DNA of 12,186 bases from positions 1 to 12,186 of the forward strand of contig CAZSVG010000011.1 of the NCBI GenBank assembly GCA_964610195.1. Direction: 5' to 3'. The notes beneath the pieces were generated by a model, which ran no database searches, was not told where the DNA came from, and saw only the letters and a program-made list of their open reading frames with translations. Made by a program: the position numbers and the translations under genes. This document shows positions 1 through 7,726 of the stretch, one piece after another (the stretch's first letter is position 1; every line of letters begins with the position of its first letter). The DNA is from an uncultured Candidatus Cloacimonadota bacterium (GTDB lineage Bacteria > Cloacimonadota > Cloacimonadia > Cloacimonadales > JAJBBL01).

Positions 1-2224
1 TCCCATTGCGATAAATATTGTATCCTTCCAAAGCACGGTTTCGAATATTTTCTATTCCGGGAGATTCCCAATAGAGATTGACATAGTCAGCACCCGATTG
101 GGCAGTCAGATTCTGAGGAGGAATCAGAAATATGGTTACATTCTGCTGATCGGAAAGAGAAGATTCATACAAACCATCGTATGCATCTGTTCCATATAAT
201 ACCGAGATCTGGTATTGGTAGTTACCATTATTCAAACCTTCATCCAGATAATTTTGGATGTCCGGTGCTTCTATTGAAAAAATCATACTCCCATTACGGT
301 AGATATTATAGCCGGTAATCTCATCCGGCCTGAATCCCACATTTATTGGCGCTATCCAATTTAAGAGAACATTATCAATATTGACCACCTCGACACTGAA
401 AACCTCTATACCGTTCAGATTGTCGATAGTACTGAAAGACCAGACAGCTGACCATGAGCTTGGATAAGCTCCATTATTGGAATTTACTCTCCAATAGTAT
501 GTTGTATTTAAATCCAGATTTCCAACCCAATAAGCTGTGGTAGCCTGATTATGGGTCAGAACAAGATCGTCAAACTCGGCGTCAGTGGCAACCTGGAGAG
601 TATAATAGACAGCATTGGTAACAGATTGCCATTGTAATTGAACATTAGTCGCCAACTCTTCCGTTTCATCGGGTGGTAAAAGCAATAGAGGCGGATCTGT
701 TGGGTCAGGAATGTCACCTATAACAAAAATTTGTTCGCCACTAAAGGAAGAACCGGCATATATATGGTCTATCGCCTGAACACTCCAGTAATAGACCCCT
801 TCTTCCAGGTAATTCAGTAGAGCACTGTTCGATTTATACTTGCCCAATGAAGCCACCCTTCGAAAACCAGTGTCCGGATCTGCCATGGGAGAAATTATAT
901 CAAGCCCATTTGATATACTCCCCACCCTTAGATTATATGTTAATCCGGTAGCCGGAGTTGTTCCTCCTGCTGATTGTTCCCAGTTAAATTGGACTCCATC
1001 GTCTGTGAGGGTAGTAAACAGACCTGTTGGGGCAGAGGCCAAACTATTGGTGGTAGGAATTATATTTTCATAAATTGTGGCTATATAGTCCTGTGAGGCA
1101 GCCCAACCAATCAAGAGAAAGTCCAGTTTACCGTCATTATTATAATCTGCGGGGACTACTGTTGATCTTCGGGCATTGATAAAAGTTAAATTTGAATTAG
1201 TAAAAGTATCAGTTCCTGTCTGGAGATAAATCCTGGTAGTCCAGGCACCTTCGATCTCTCCGGTGACTACAAGATCAAGAAGTCCGTTATTATTAAAATC
1301 ACCCCAGACTACATAACCCTGTCTGGTCCCGATAATATCTGCATTTATATTGGTGAAGGTGCCATTCCCATTATTTCTGTAAATAACCGTGAACTTTACT
1401 TCGGCATTATCTGAACCATTCATCAGGATATCGAGATATCCGTCATTATTATAATCTCCCAGAGATATAGAGGAATATCGTAAACCGATCAAGGGTTGAG
1501 CCGATAGAGTAAAAGTTCCATCCCCATTATTGATATAGATATAGGAGACATAATTAAAAGACCCGATTCTGCCAGTGACAACAACATCCAACCATCCGTT
1601 GTTATTCAGGTCACCACCTGCTACTGCTCCATGTGTAACTCCGGTGATATTTGCATCCAGATCAGTGAAGATAAAGTCTCCATTATTAATATATATTGAG
1701 GTAATCCCTTCTCCATTCTGTAACTCTCCGGCAACCATGATATCCAATAATCCGTCGTTATTAAAATCACCAAGGGTCAAATCCCCTCGATAAAGGTCAG
1801 GGATGTCACTTATTATTTCGGTAAAGGTTTCATTGCCGTTATTCATATAGATCTTGAAGTAGGAACTTCCACCTAAACCGGTATAACCGAACATGACTAT
1901 ATCATTCCAGCCGTTGTTGTTAAGATCTCCCACTACCGCTTTACTGACCCCGAGATCAAAAAGCCCTGCTTCCATGTCACTGAAAGTCCCATCTCCATTG
2001 TTACGATATATTTCGGTAAAGGGAAGATTTTCGTTACCTGTTCCGTATGTATAACCGGTGATCAGAATGTCGAGATGACCATTATTATTAAAATCACTCC
2101 AGACAGCGTCACCGAAGTAAACCTCCTGTAAACCAACATCCAGAGCTGTAAAACTAAGTTGGCCATATAGTGTTGATAGCAAAAATAACATCATTATTGC
2201 TATACCTATAGACATTATTTTCAT
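1..2224 (-). CDS. Secreted FG-GAP/VCBS-repeat beta-propeller protein with FN3-like domains. Partial: N-terminal ~741 aa are in the window and the C-terminus lies beyond the 5' edge.
   Basis: Manual reverse-complement translation from ATG (complement of 2222-2224) reads MKIMSIGIAIMMLFLLSTLYGQLSFTALDVG..., an N-terminal signal peptide. GGAGGA sits 3 nt upstream of the ATG. Seven D-x-N-x-D-G-x-x-D blades are seen (GDLNNNGWNDIV, GDFNNDGLLDIMVAG, GDLNNNGWLDVVVTG, GDYNNDGYLDIL, GDFNNNGLLDLVVTG, ADYNNDGKLDFLLIG), the pattern of FG-GAP/VCBS integrin-alpha-like propellers. These are followed by Ig/FN3-like segments with the YYW motif (YYWSVQAIDH, TYYWRVNS). The frame stays open to position 1. No plus-strand ORF longer than 77 aa overlaps it. 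The track does not list it because the stop codon is outside the window. Confidence 0.7.
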   Translation of the reverse strand, partial: MKIMSIGIAIMMLFLLSTLYGQLSFTALDVGLQEVYFGDAVWSDFNNNGHLDILITGYTYGTGNENLPFTEIYRNNGDGTFSDMEAGLFDLGVSKAVVGDLNNNGWNDIVMFGYTGLGGSSYFKIYMNNGNETFTEIISDIPDLYRGDLTLGDFNNDGLLDIMVAGELQNGEGITSIYINNGDFIFTDLDANITGVTHGAVAGGDLNNNGWLDVVVTGRIGSFNYVSYIYINNGDGTFTLSAQPLIGLRYSSISLGDYNNDGYLDILMNGSDNAEVKFTVIYRNNGNGTFTNINADIIGTRQGYVVWGDFNNNGLLDLVVTGEIEGAWTTRIYLQTGTDTFTNSNLTFINARRSTVVPADYNNDGKLDFLLIGWAASQDYIATIYENIIPTTNSLASAPTGLFTTLTDDGVQFNWEQSAGGTTPATGLTYNLRVGSISNGLDIISPMADPDTGFRRVASLGKYKSNSALLNYLEEGVYYWSVQAIDHIYAGSSFSGEQIFVIGDIPDPTDPPLLLLPPDETEELATNVQLQWQSVTNAVYYTLQVATDAEFDDLVLTHNQATTAYWVGNLDLNTTYYWRVNSNNGAYPSSWSAVWSFSTIDNLNGIEVFSVEVVNIDNVLLNWIAPINVGFRPDEITGYNIYRNGSMIFSIEAPDIQNYLDEGLNNGNYQYQISVLYGTDAYDGLYESSLSDQQNVTIFLIPPQNLTAQSGADYVNLYWESPGIENIRNRALEGYNIYRNG

Positions 2225-2391
2225 GGTTCCTCCACTTATACATCAAGTAACAATTTTATTATCGGATGTCAATGAAAATGAACTCAACAAGAAACTGTTT
2301 TGATCGAATGGCGTGATATTTTAAAAGTTTTATATAAATCAATTACTGATCAATTTTGATTACTAATTGAAGTATTCCTTGATATTCGATA

Positions 2392-2421
2392 CTAAAAAAG
2401 GGACGGATAAAGTCCGTCCCC
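2392..2421 (-). terminator. Rho-independent terminator downstream of the encapsulin shell gene.
   Basis: Perfect 7-bp GC-rich inverted repeat GGGACGG-ataaagt-CCGTCCC at 2400-2420. On the transcribed minus strand it is followed by UUUUUU (plus-strand A6 at 2394-2399). It lies 28 nt after the TAA stop at 2448-2450. Confidence 0.65.
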
Positions 2422-2447
2422 TGATAAATACTTTTTCTTCCAGTAAA

Positions 2448-3245
2448 TTATTTGATCTGGATATTTACAACTGCTTTTGGTTCCAGAATCTGCAGGCTGA
2501 ATGATTCTGTCAGAAAGAGGGTAACCTCTTTACTGGTATGATGTTCATAACCAATAGAAAAATCAGAGCCGAGAACCATTTTGAAATCTCCACCTCTGGT
2601 CGAGACTAATAGTCCGGAATCGATAAAGTTTGAGAGGATTATTTCTCCCTGCAAAACATCTTCGATCTGGGGAAAGAGGGGATAACATTCGGCAAAGTAA
2701 TTGACCGTCTTCCAAACTGAGGGTGGTAAAATCAGGGAATATGGTCCTTCTATGGCATTGTCATTCATCTTCAAAACTGCTTCTGTTAATGATGCTAACC
2801 ATTTAGACGGATCTTTGGGAAAACTTATAGCTTCTTTATTAACCGTCATTAATCCTTCTATACCAGCATCTTTTAAACCGTAATAGATCGCTTTTTCTTC
2901 GAATTCAGCAATCTGTTTGACTCCGGTCATCAAGTTATCCAATTCGATATCTTCTGCTCCCCGAGCAGCATTATCCAGGTCCCAGATCTTGAGAGTAAAA
3001 CTAACTCTCGGTTCTACTGCCGGTATGATCTTGCGGATTCCGTATGATATTCCTTTATTCTTAGCCGGTTCAACTATTTTCATTCTACCTGTAGGTATAC
3101 CGGCAAAATCCCAACCTTTAGGTCCTTCTATATCAACTACTTTTCGTGCGGAAAGTAAGCTAATCAATCCTTTTTTAGCCTGATCTTCGATCTGCTCCCA
3201 GGCCTCTTCTGTAATTGGTGCTAAATTGCGTCTTAAGATACTCAT
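2448..3245 (-). CDS. enc: Family 1 encapsulin nanocompartment shell protein (Linocin M18-like, HK97 fold).
   Basis: The 265-aa protein can be aligned along its whole length, from memory, with the Thermotoga maritima encapsulin. Examples: [19 protein letters not shown] vs [44 protein letters not shown] vs [52 protein letters not shown] vs [35 protein letters not shown] lies 8 nt upstream of the ATG. The gap to the upstream cargo gene is 13 nt. Confidence 0.9.
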   Translation of the reverse strand: [265 protein letters not shown]

Positions 3246-3258
3246 GATTCATTTCCTC

Positions 3259-3594
3259 CTATTTCAGTTTCCCGATCCCCAGATCACTCTCTTTACTCTC
3301 CCCTTCTTCATCTTCAAGTTCGGTAACGGGTTTGGTAGTAAAGAGATAAGTTCTCATCTGTTCGTCCCAACCGGGCATATTACGTCTGAGCCATTCCAAA
3401 ACCATGACAGCATGTTCAATCTCTTCATCACGATTATGGGCTACTATTTTTTTTAATTCCGGATCTGTTGCGGTGGCTACCCTTTGCTGGTACCAATCAA
3501 CCGCTTCAATTTCCTCTTTCAAGCTGTTTAATGCTCTTGAAAAATCACGGTCATTTTTTGTTAATTCATCAACGGGCTCATGATAAGCACTCAT
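3259..3594 (-). CDS. encFtn: Encapsulin cargo: encapsulated ferritin-like protein (EncFtn/Flp) with C-terminal cargo-loading peptide.
   Basis: The 111-aa protein has a helical ferritin-like core carrying Glu-rich and E-x-x-H motifs typical of the EncFtn di-iron ferroxidase site (EEIEAVDWYQQR, DEEIEHAVMVLEW). Its C-terminal tail ...EDEEGESKESDLGIGKLK matches the encapsulin targeting-peptide consensus (D/S-L-G-I-G-x-L-K). AAAGGAGGA lies upstream of the ATG. The gene sits immediately upstream of, and co-oriented with, the shell gene. Confidence 0.85.
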   Translation of the reverse strand: MSAYHEPVDELTKNDRDFSRALNSLKEEIEAVDWYQQRVATATDPELKKIVAHNRDEEIEHAVMVLEWLRRNMPGWDEQMRTYLFTTKPVTELEDEEGESKESDLGIGKLK

Positions 3595-3679
3595 AATTCC
3601 TCCTTTATTATTAGATTCTAACTCTACTTAAGATAATATAATCTATATTCTTAGATTGTTAAACGTTTTTTTTGTTTTC
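3595..3679 (-). promoter_or_regulatory. Candidate sigma70-type promoter and 5'UTR for the encFtn-enc operon.
   Basis: This is an 85-nt AT-rich gap. The minus-strand reading contains TTAACA, a spacer of about 16 nt, then TATATT, ahead of the AAAGGAGGA SD. There is no terminator hairpin after the upstream FAH gene, so read-through from FAH is also possible. Confidence 0.3.
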
Positions 3680-4327
3680 TTAAAGATCTCTCATTACCCG
3701 GCACTGCAGGGTTACCAATTTTCCCAGAGATGCTTTGACAATATCTCCATCTTCGATTTTTCCCACCCCTTTGGGGGTTCCGGTGAATATCAAGTCACCC
3801 CTCTCCAGGGAAATGAAGCGGGAGATATAGGATATGATCTCATCTATCCGAAAGATCATGGCAGCAGGGCTATTATGCTGTTTCAATTCATCATTAACCC
3901 ACAGAGATAATTCTTCATGGTAGATATTGGTGATCAATTCTTTGGGGACAAATCTTGAAACCGGAGCAGAAGTATCGAATCCTTTCGCCAGAGTCCATGG
4001 ATACCCTTTCTCTTTACCTGCCAATTGGATATCTCGCAAGGTTACATCAATCCCTACTCCATAACCGGCAATATGCTCATTGGCAGCTTTGAGAGGTATT
4101 TTTTTTCCACCTTTCCCGATCAAGACAGCCAACTCCACTTCGTAATGGATATTCTGACTGGCCTGAGGTAAGATGATCATATCTCCATCTCTGATCACCG
4201 CTGTAGATGGTTTCAGAAAGAATACCGGATCGGTTGGAACTTCACTATTCATCTCGGCAATATGGTCACTGTAATTCATTCCCAGGCAGAATATCTTGCG
4301 AATTTCAAAATCCTCTTCTATGAACAT
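3680..4327 (-). CDS. Fumarylacetoacetate hydrolase (FAH) family protein (2-keto-4-pentenoate hydratase / HpcE-like).
   Basis: Typical FAH-family segments are present: KIFCLGMNYSDH, PVFFLKPSTAV, HYEVELAVLIGKGG, GYGVGIDVTLRD, GDLIFTGTPKGVG. The track ORF begins at a TTG (4346-4348). An in-frame ATG at 4325-4327 is preceded by AAAGGAGAT with 7-nt spacing, so the start is set there (MFIEEDFEIRK...). Confidence 0.8.
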   Translation of the reverse strand: MFIEEDFEIRKIFCLGMNYSDHIAEMNSEVPTDPVFFLKPSTAVIRDGDMIILPQASQNIHYEVELAVLIGKGGKKIPLKAANEHIAGYGVGIDVTLRDIQLAGKEKGYPWTLAKGFDTSAPVSRFVPKELITNIYHEELSLWVNDELKQHNSPAAMIFRIDEIISYISRFISLERGDLIFTGTPKGVGKIEDGDIVKASLGKLVTLQCRVMRDL

Positions 4328-4503
4328 AAACGTATCTCCTTTAACCAAACAAAAATGAATCTAACTTTGACGGCAATAAATTTTTTCTGAACCTGGATAT
4401 TTTCCTTAGATTATCAGTTCGTTCCTTCATATTCTGGAACCCTATTTGTTATTCTACAAGGGTTGTTTAGGTAATTAAGTTGTAATTTATTTTTTTTATG
4501 AAT

Positions 4504-5310
4504 TCAGTTCTTCTCAGGATTTGAGGTCAGACTGATTTTTCTTAAAGCCGCTTCAATAATCTCAACCGCAACAGATGTATTAATACATGGACCAAAAGGT
4601 CTATCGTTTAAAACACCGTAAACAGGAATGGGGAAGACATCAAGCAGACCATCTACCAGATCCCTTTCACAGGCTACTGCAATAATGAATTTAGGTCTGT
4701 GTTTGATGATTATTCTCCGGGCCAGTGAGCCCCCGGTAGCAATGGCAATATTTACTCCAGTTTCCCGTGCTATTCTCTTCAGGTCAGTGATCTTACATTT
4801 TCCACAATCGCGGCAGTTGTTGATATCAACAGTGACTCTGATCTGGCAATCTGTATTTTGCAGACAGTGGGGTAAAAGGATCAGGATATCTCGTGGCTGG
4901 TATTTTTTGGACAATACTTTAACGAAGGTGTTGTTGACATGAACAAACGAATCCCTTATCCGGTCTTTTGATATCCCTAAAACTTTACCGAGAATGATCG
5001 TTACCGGAAAGAGGAATCTGATAGCAATTAATACTGCCGATCTGGCGATTAGAAAATTTCTCTCCAGATAGGAAGTTAGCAGAACCAAGACGATTCCCAC
5101 CACCACAATCAGATAGTATAGTCTCAGAATATTAAGAACAGAATTAGCCAGGATCTTATTGATTTCATGGAGTCTGGGTGAAATAAACCACCAGAGCAGG
5201 GTAGTGAGAACCAACATCAGGATCAGACTGACTGTAGACAGGATCAGAAACAGATTTTTCTGTTTATGATCAATCTGAAAATCCGCTTCTAAAGCTCTCC
5301 CCTCTTTCAA
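4504..5310 (-). CDS. Integral membrane Cys-rich protein of unknown function, DUF116-like.
   Basis: The protein has two or three N-terminal hydrophobic helices (LFLILSTVSLILMLVLTTLLWWF, LYYLIVVVGIVLVLLTSYL, LIAIRFLFPVTIILG). These are followed by a soluble domain with LLPHCLQNTDCQIRVTVDINNCRDCGKCKI (C-x5-C-x10-C-x2-C-x2-C), which I recognise as the DUF116 signature. The start is a TTG preceded by GGGAG. It overlaps the fmt 3' end by 41 nt. Confidence 0.6.
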   Translation of the reverse strand: MKEGRALEADFQIDHKQKNLFLILSTVSLILMLVLTTLLWWFISPRLHEINKILANSVLNILRLYYLIVVVGIVLVLLTSYLERNFLIARSAVLIAIRFLFPVTIILGKVLGISKDRIRDSFVHVNNTFVKVLSKKYQPRDILILLPHCLQNTDCQIRVTVDINNCRDCGKCKITDLKRIARETGVNIAIATGGSLARRIIIKHRPKFIIAVACERDLVDGLLDVFPIPVYGVLNDRPFGPCINTSVAVEIIEAALRKISLTSNPEKN

Positions 5311-6250
5311 TTCTCGCTCCCATATTAAATTCGAAACCGGTCATAATTCTCTTCCCTGCCGGTTGAACTTTGGTCAAGATAATTTTTTTGTCCTGGCTGT
5401 TGACCACAATACCTTCATTTTTGATAATGCTTGATACCTTTCCCGGAGCCAGGTCTGACTTTTCTTCCAGAACTATGGTTTCCAGAATCTTGATCTGATT
5501 ATCCCGGAAAGTTGCTACTGCCCCCGGTTCAAAAGCCAATCCACGAACTCTGTTATGAATATTGATGGCTTTGTCGTGCCAATCTATGATTAGATCAGCT
5601 TTTTCTAATTTATAACAATAGGTCGCTTCGTTGTCATCCTGTATAACTTCTCTAATCTGACCATCTTCTAATTTTTGGAGGACCTGTAACACCTGTTTTC
5701 CACCTAAATCAGCAAGTTTGGCAGACAGAGAACTATAATTATCTTCATCTTTGACAGGAACCTTTACTTGTTGTAATATGGGTCCACTATCCATCTTCAC
5801 AGTCATTCTGGTGATGGTGATTCCGGTTTCAGGATCTCCATTAAAAAGAGCATGATTGATTGGGGTTGCTCCGCGGTATTGGGGAAGGAGTGAAGGATGA
5901 AGATTAATACACCCCAGACGGGGTAGCTGAAGAATTCTTCTGGGCAGGAAACCACCATAGGCAACAGTAACAACGATATCCGGTTCTATATCCTGTAATC
6001 TTCTAAAAATCTCTTCTTCTCTGATCTTTTCCGGCTGCAGAGTCTCTATTCCTAACTTCTGAGCAACCTCTTTCACCGGTGGAGAAATCAATCTAAGTTT
6101 TCTTCCCTGCGGTTTATCAGGTTGGGTTATTACTAATAAAGGTTTATATGGTGATTTTGCCAATAACTCCAGGGTTGGAACAGCAAAATCAGGAGTTCCG
6201 ACGAATACCGTTCTTTTTATCGAAGAAATATTTATCAAGATTAACCCCAT
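5270..6250 (-). CDS. fmt: Methionyl-tRNA formyltransferase.
   Basis: Diagnostic motifs are present: VFVGTPDFAVP, GCINLHPSLLPQYRGATPI and a C-terminal Fmt domain. It is positioned directly after def, the classical def-fmt operon arrangement. The ATG at 6248-6250 is taken as start. An internal TTG 4 codons later is an alternative start. Confidence 0.9.
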   Translation of the reverse strand: MGLILINISSIKRTVFVGTPDFAVPTLELLAKSPYKPLLVITQPDKPQGRKLRLISPPVKEVAQKLGIETLQPEKIREEEIFRRLQDIEPDIVVTVAYGGFLPRRILQLPRLGCINLHPSLLPQYRGATPINHALFNGDPETGITITRMTVKMDSGPILQQVKVPVKDEDNYSSLSAKLADLGGKQVLQVLQKLEDGQIREVIQDDNEATYCYKLEKADLIIDWHDKAINIHNRVRGLAFEPGAVATFRDNQIKILETIVLEEKSDLAPGKVSSIIKNEGIVVNSQDKKIILTKVQPAGKRIMTGFEFNMGARIERGESFRSGFSD

Positions 6251-6788
6251 TTTCGTCTTTTAACTGTTCCAGAGCTTTTAACTTCCATTTCAACGATAAT
6301 AATTTCAGTTTGGATATCCTGTCTATAAAGAGAACACCATCTATATGATCATATTCATGTTGCAGGGCTCTGGCAAAAAAACCCTCAGCTTCGTATCTGA
6401 TTAACTTACCGTTCAGGTCCAGAGCTTCTAATATTATTTTATTAGCCCGTTTCACGTCAGCACTGATCTCGGGTAGACTGAGACATCCCTCTTCATCAAT
6501 ATCTATTCCATCCATAGATATGAATTTCGGATTGATAAAAACCCGCGGGTTTTTCTGATCAGTCTTAGACCATTCCGGATCAACAACGAATATGCAGAGA
6601 TTAACACCAACCTGAGGAGCTGCCAGTCCCACTCCATCTTTTTCATACATGGTCAGGATCATGTTGGCAATGAAGTTTTTGAGCTTCTCCTCGATCTCTT
6701 TTACCGGTTCACACTTCTTACGTAAAGAGGGATCACCGTATATTCTGATCGGTAAAACTTTAGCTACATGATTATTTGACTGGTTCAT
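6189..6788 (-). CDS. def: Peptide deformylase.
   Basis: All three PDF motifs are present: GVGLAAPQVG, EGCLSLPE and QHEYDHIDGVLF. A long C-terminal helix extension overlaps the fmt start by 62 nt. Confidence 0.9.
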   Translation of the reverse strand: MNQSNNHVAKVLPIRIYGDPSLRKKCEPVKEIEEKLKNFIANMILTMYEKDGVGLAAPQVGVNLCIFVVDPEWSKTDQKNPRVFINPKFISMDGIDIDEEGCLSLPEISADVKRANKIILEALDLNGKLIRYEAEGFFARALQHEYDHIDGVLFIDRISKLKLLSLKWKLKALEQLKDENGVNLDKYFFDKKNGIRRNS

Positions 6789-7116
6789 TTGCTATTGGAG
6801 ACTCCTGCCATAAACCTGCTATAGCTACCCGGCGTATCTCTATCTTCGTATTATTGGAATCGTCAATTCTCAGGATAACAGTATCCTTGTCTTTCTTGAT
6901 ATTGGTTATCTTGCCGATTATGCCACCTGAGGTTATCACCATATCATTGATCTTCAGATCATCGAGCAGCCTCTGGTGATCTTTCTGTCTCTTCTGTTGC
7001 GGTCTGATAATCAAAAAATAGAGGATCAGAATCAGAAAAATAAACGGCAGAAAACTTATAAACGGATTCGGTTGGGCATCCGCAGTTCCTGTTTGTAATA
7101 GGATGTAAAACATCAT
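6772..7116 (-). CDS. yajC: Preprotein translocase accessory subunit YajC.
   Basis: The protein has a single TM helix followed by YFLIIRPQQKRQKDHQRLLDDLKINDMVITSGGIIGKITNI, the YajC signature. AAGGAGA lies upstream of the ATG ATG pair. The second ATG (7111-7113) has the better spacing. Confidence 0.8.
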   Translation of the reverse strand: MMFYILLQTGTADAQPNPFISFLPFIFLILILYFLIIRPQQKRQKDHQRLLDDLKINDMVITSGGIIGKITNIKKDKDTVILRIDDSNNTKIEIRRVAIAGLWQESPIANEPVK

Positions 7117-7241
7117 GTTTCTCCTTTTTTTGAATTAAATGGTTTATCCTCTAATCCAAGAGATTATTTGTTCTCTTCTTGGTAATATCTACGATTTTTA
7201 TTATTTAGCTCTGTTTTCTGCTAAATATCTCCCCCGCATAT

Positions 7242-7703
7242 TCAGGTCAAGAGGAATATAAAGTAACCGACCTGCAGGATAAGATTGGCATATATTCCGG
7301 CCATAACATCATCAGCTACCACTCCCCAGCCTGATGGCCATTTCTGGAGATCGTTGATCGGCGGCGGTTTATATATATCAAAGAACCTGAAAAGCAGAAA
7401 CGCTATCACTCCGATAATGATCGATTTCGGTAAAAAAATGATCGCATAGAAGTAACCGATAAACTCATCAAGCACGATTCTTTTATCATCTCTATTCATC
7501 CCTTTTTCTGCTTCACTAACAATAGTTACTACCGGAATGGTAAGTAAAATGGGAAACAACCAGAAGCATGGTAAATCGATAACTGAGGCTGGTAAGAGCA
7601 GATAGAGTATCAGGGCGGCCAGGGTTCCGACGGTTCCCGGTGCTATAGGAAAATAGCCGATGTAAAAAAGGGTGGAAATTATTTTGCAGATCTTTCTAAG
7701 CAA
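7242..7703 (-). CDS. pgpA: Phosphatidylglycerophosphatase A.
   Basis: PgpA motifs are present: GYFPIAPGTVGTLAAL, VLDEFIGY, FRFFDIYKPPPI and GWGVVADDVMAGIYA. The start is a TTG. It lies 23 nt downstream of the surA-like stop. Confidence 0.8.
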   Translation of the reverse strand: MLRKICKIISTLFYIGYFPIAPGTVGTLAALILYLLLPASVIDLPCFWLFPILLTIPVVTIVSEAEKGMNRDDKRIVLDEFIGYFYAIIFLPKSIIIGVIAFLLFRFFDIYKPPPINDLQKWPSGWGVVADDVMAGIYANLILQVGYFIFLLT

Positions 7704-7726
7704 ATTTTAACCTTAACAGAGAAGAG

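Noticed and set aside
840-1793. Plus-strand ORFs 840-1073 (77 aa) and 1575-1793 (72 aa).
   Set aside because: They are antisense to the continuous minus-strand FG-GAP coding frame. They have no SD and low-complexity translations.
2701-3456. Plus-strand ORFs of 60, 88 and 76 aa inside and around the encapsulin and EncFtn genes.
   Set aside because: They are antisense shadows of strongly supported minus-strand genes, with no RBS.
3680-4348. FAH protein as a second encapsulin cargo.
   Set aside because: Neither terminus carries a G-S-L-G-I-G-like targeting peptide.
4628-4942. Plus-strand 104-aa ORF.
   Set aside because: It lies entirely antisense within the DUF116-like gene and has no SD. Its Ser/Arg-rich composition is typical of antisense frames.
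6772-6788. A possible alternative def start, because the AGGAG upstream of the ATG at 6788 is about 13 nt away.
   Set aside because: There is no in-frame alternative start codon with better spacing. The N-terminus MNQSNNHVAKVLPIRIYGDP aligns acceptably with PDF N-termini.
7203-7230. Inverted repeat ATTTAGC-n10-GCTAAAT downstream of pgpA.
   Set aside because: The stem is a weak 7-bp AT-rich one. It is followed on the transcribed strand by an A-rich, not U-rich, tract, so it is not a convincing intrinsic terminator. It could still be a minor attenuator ahead of yajC.
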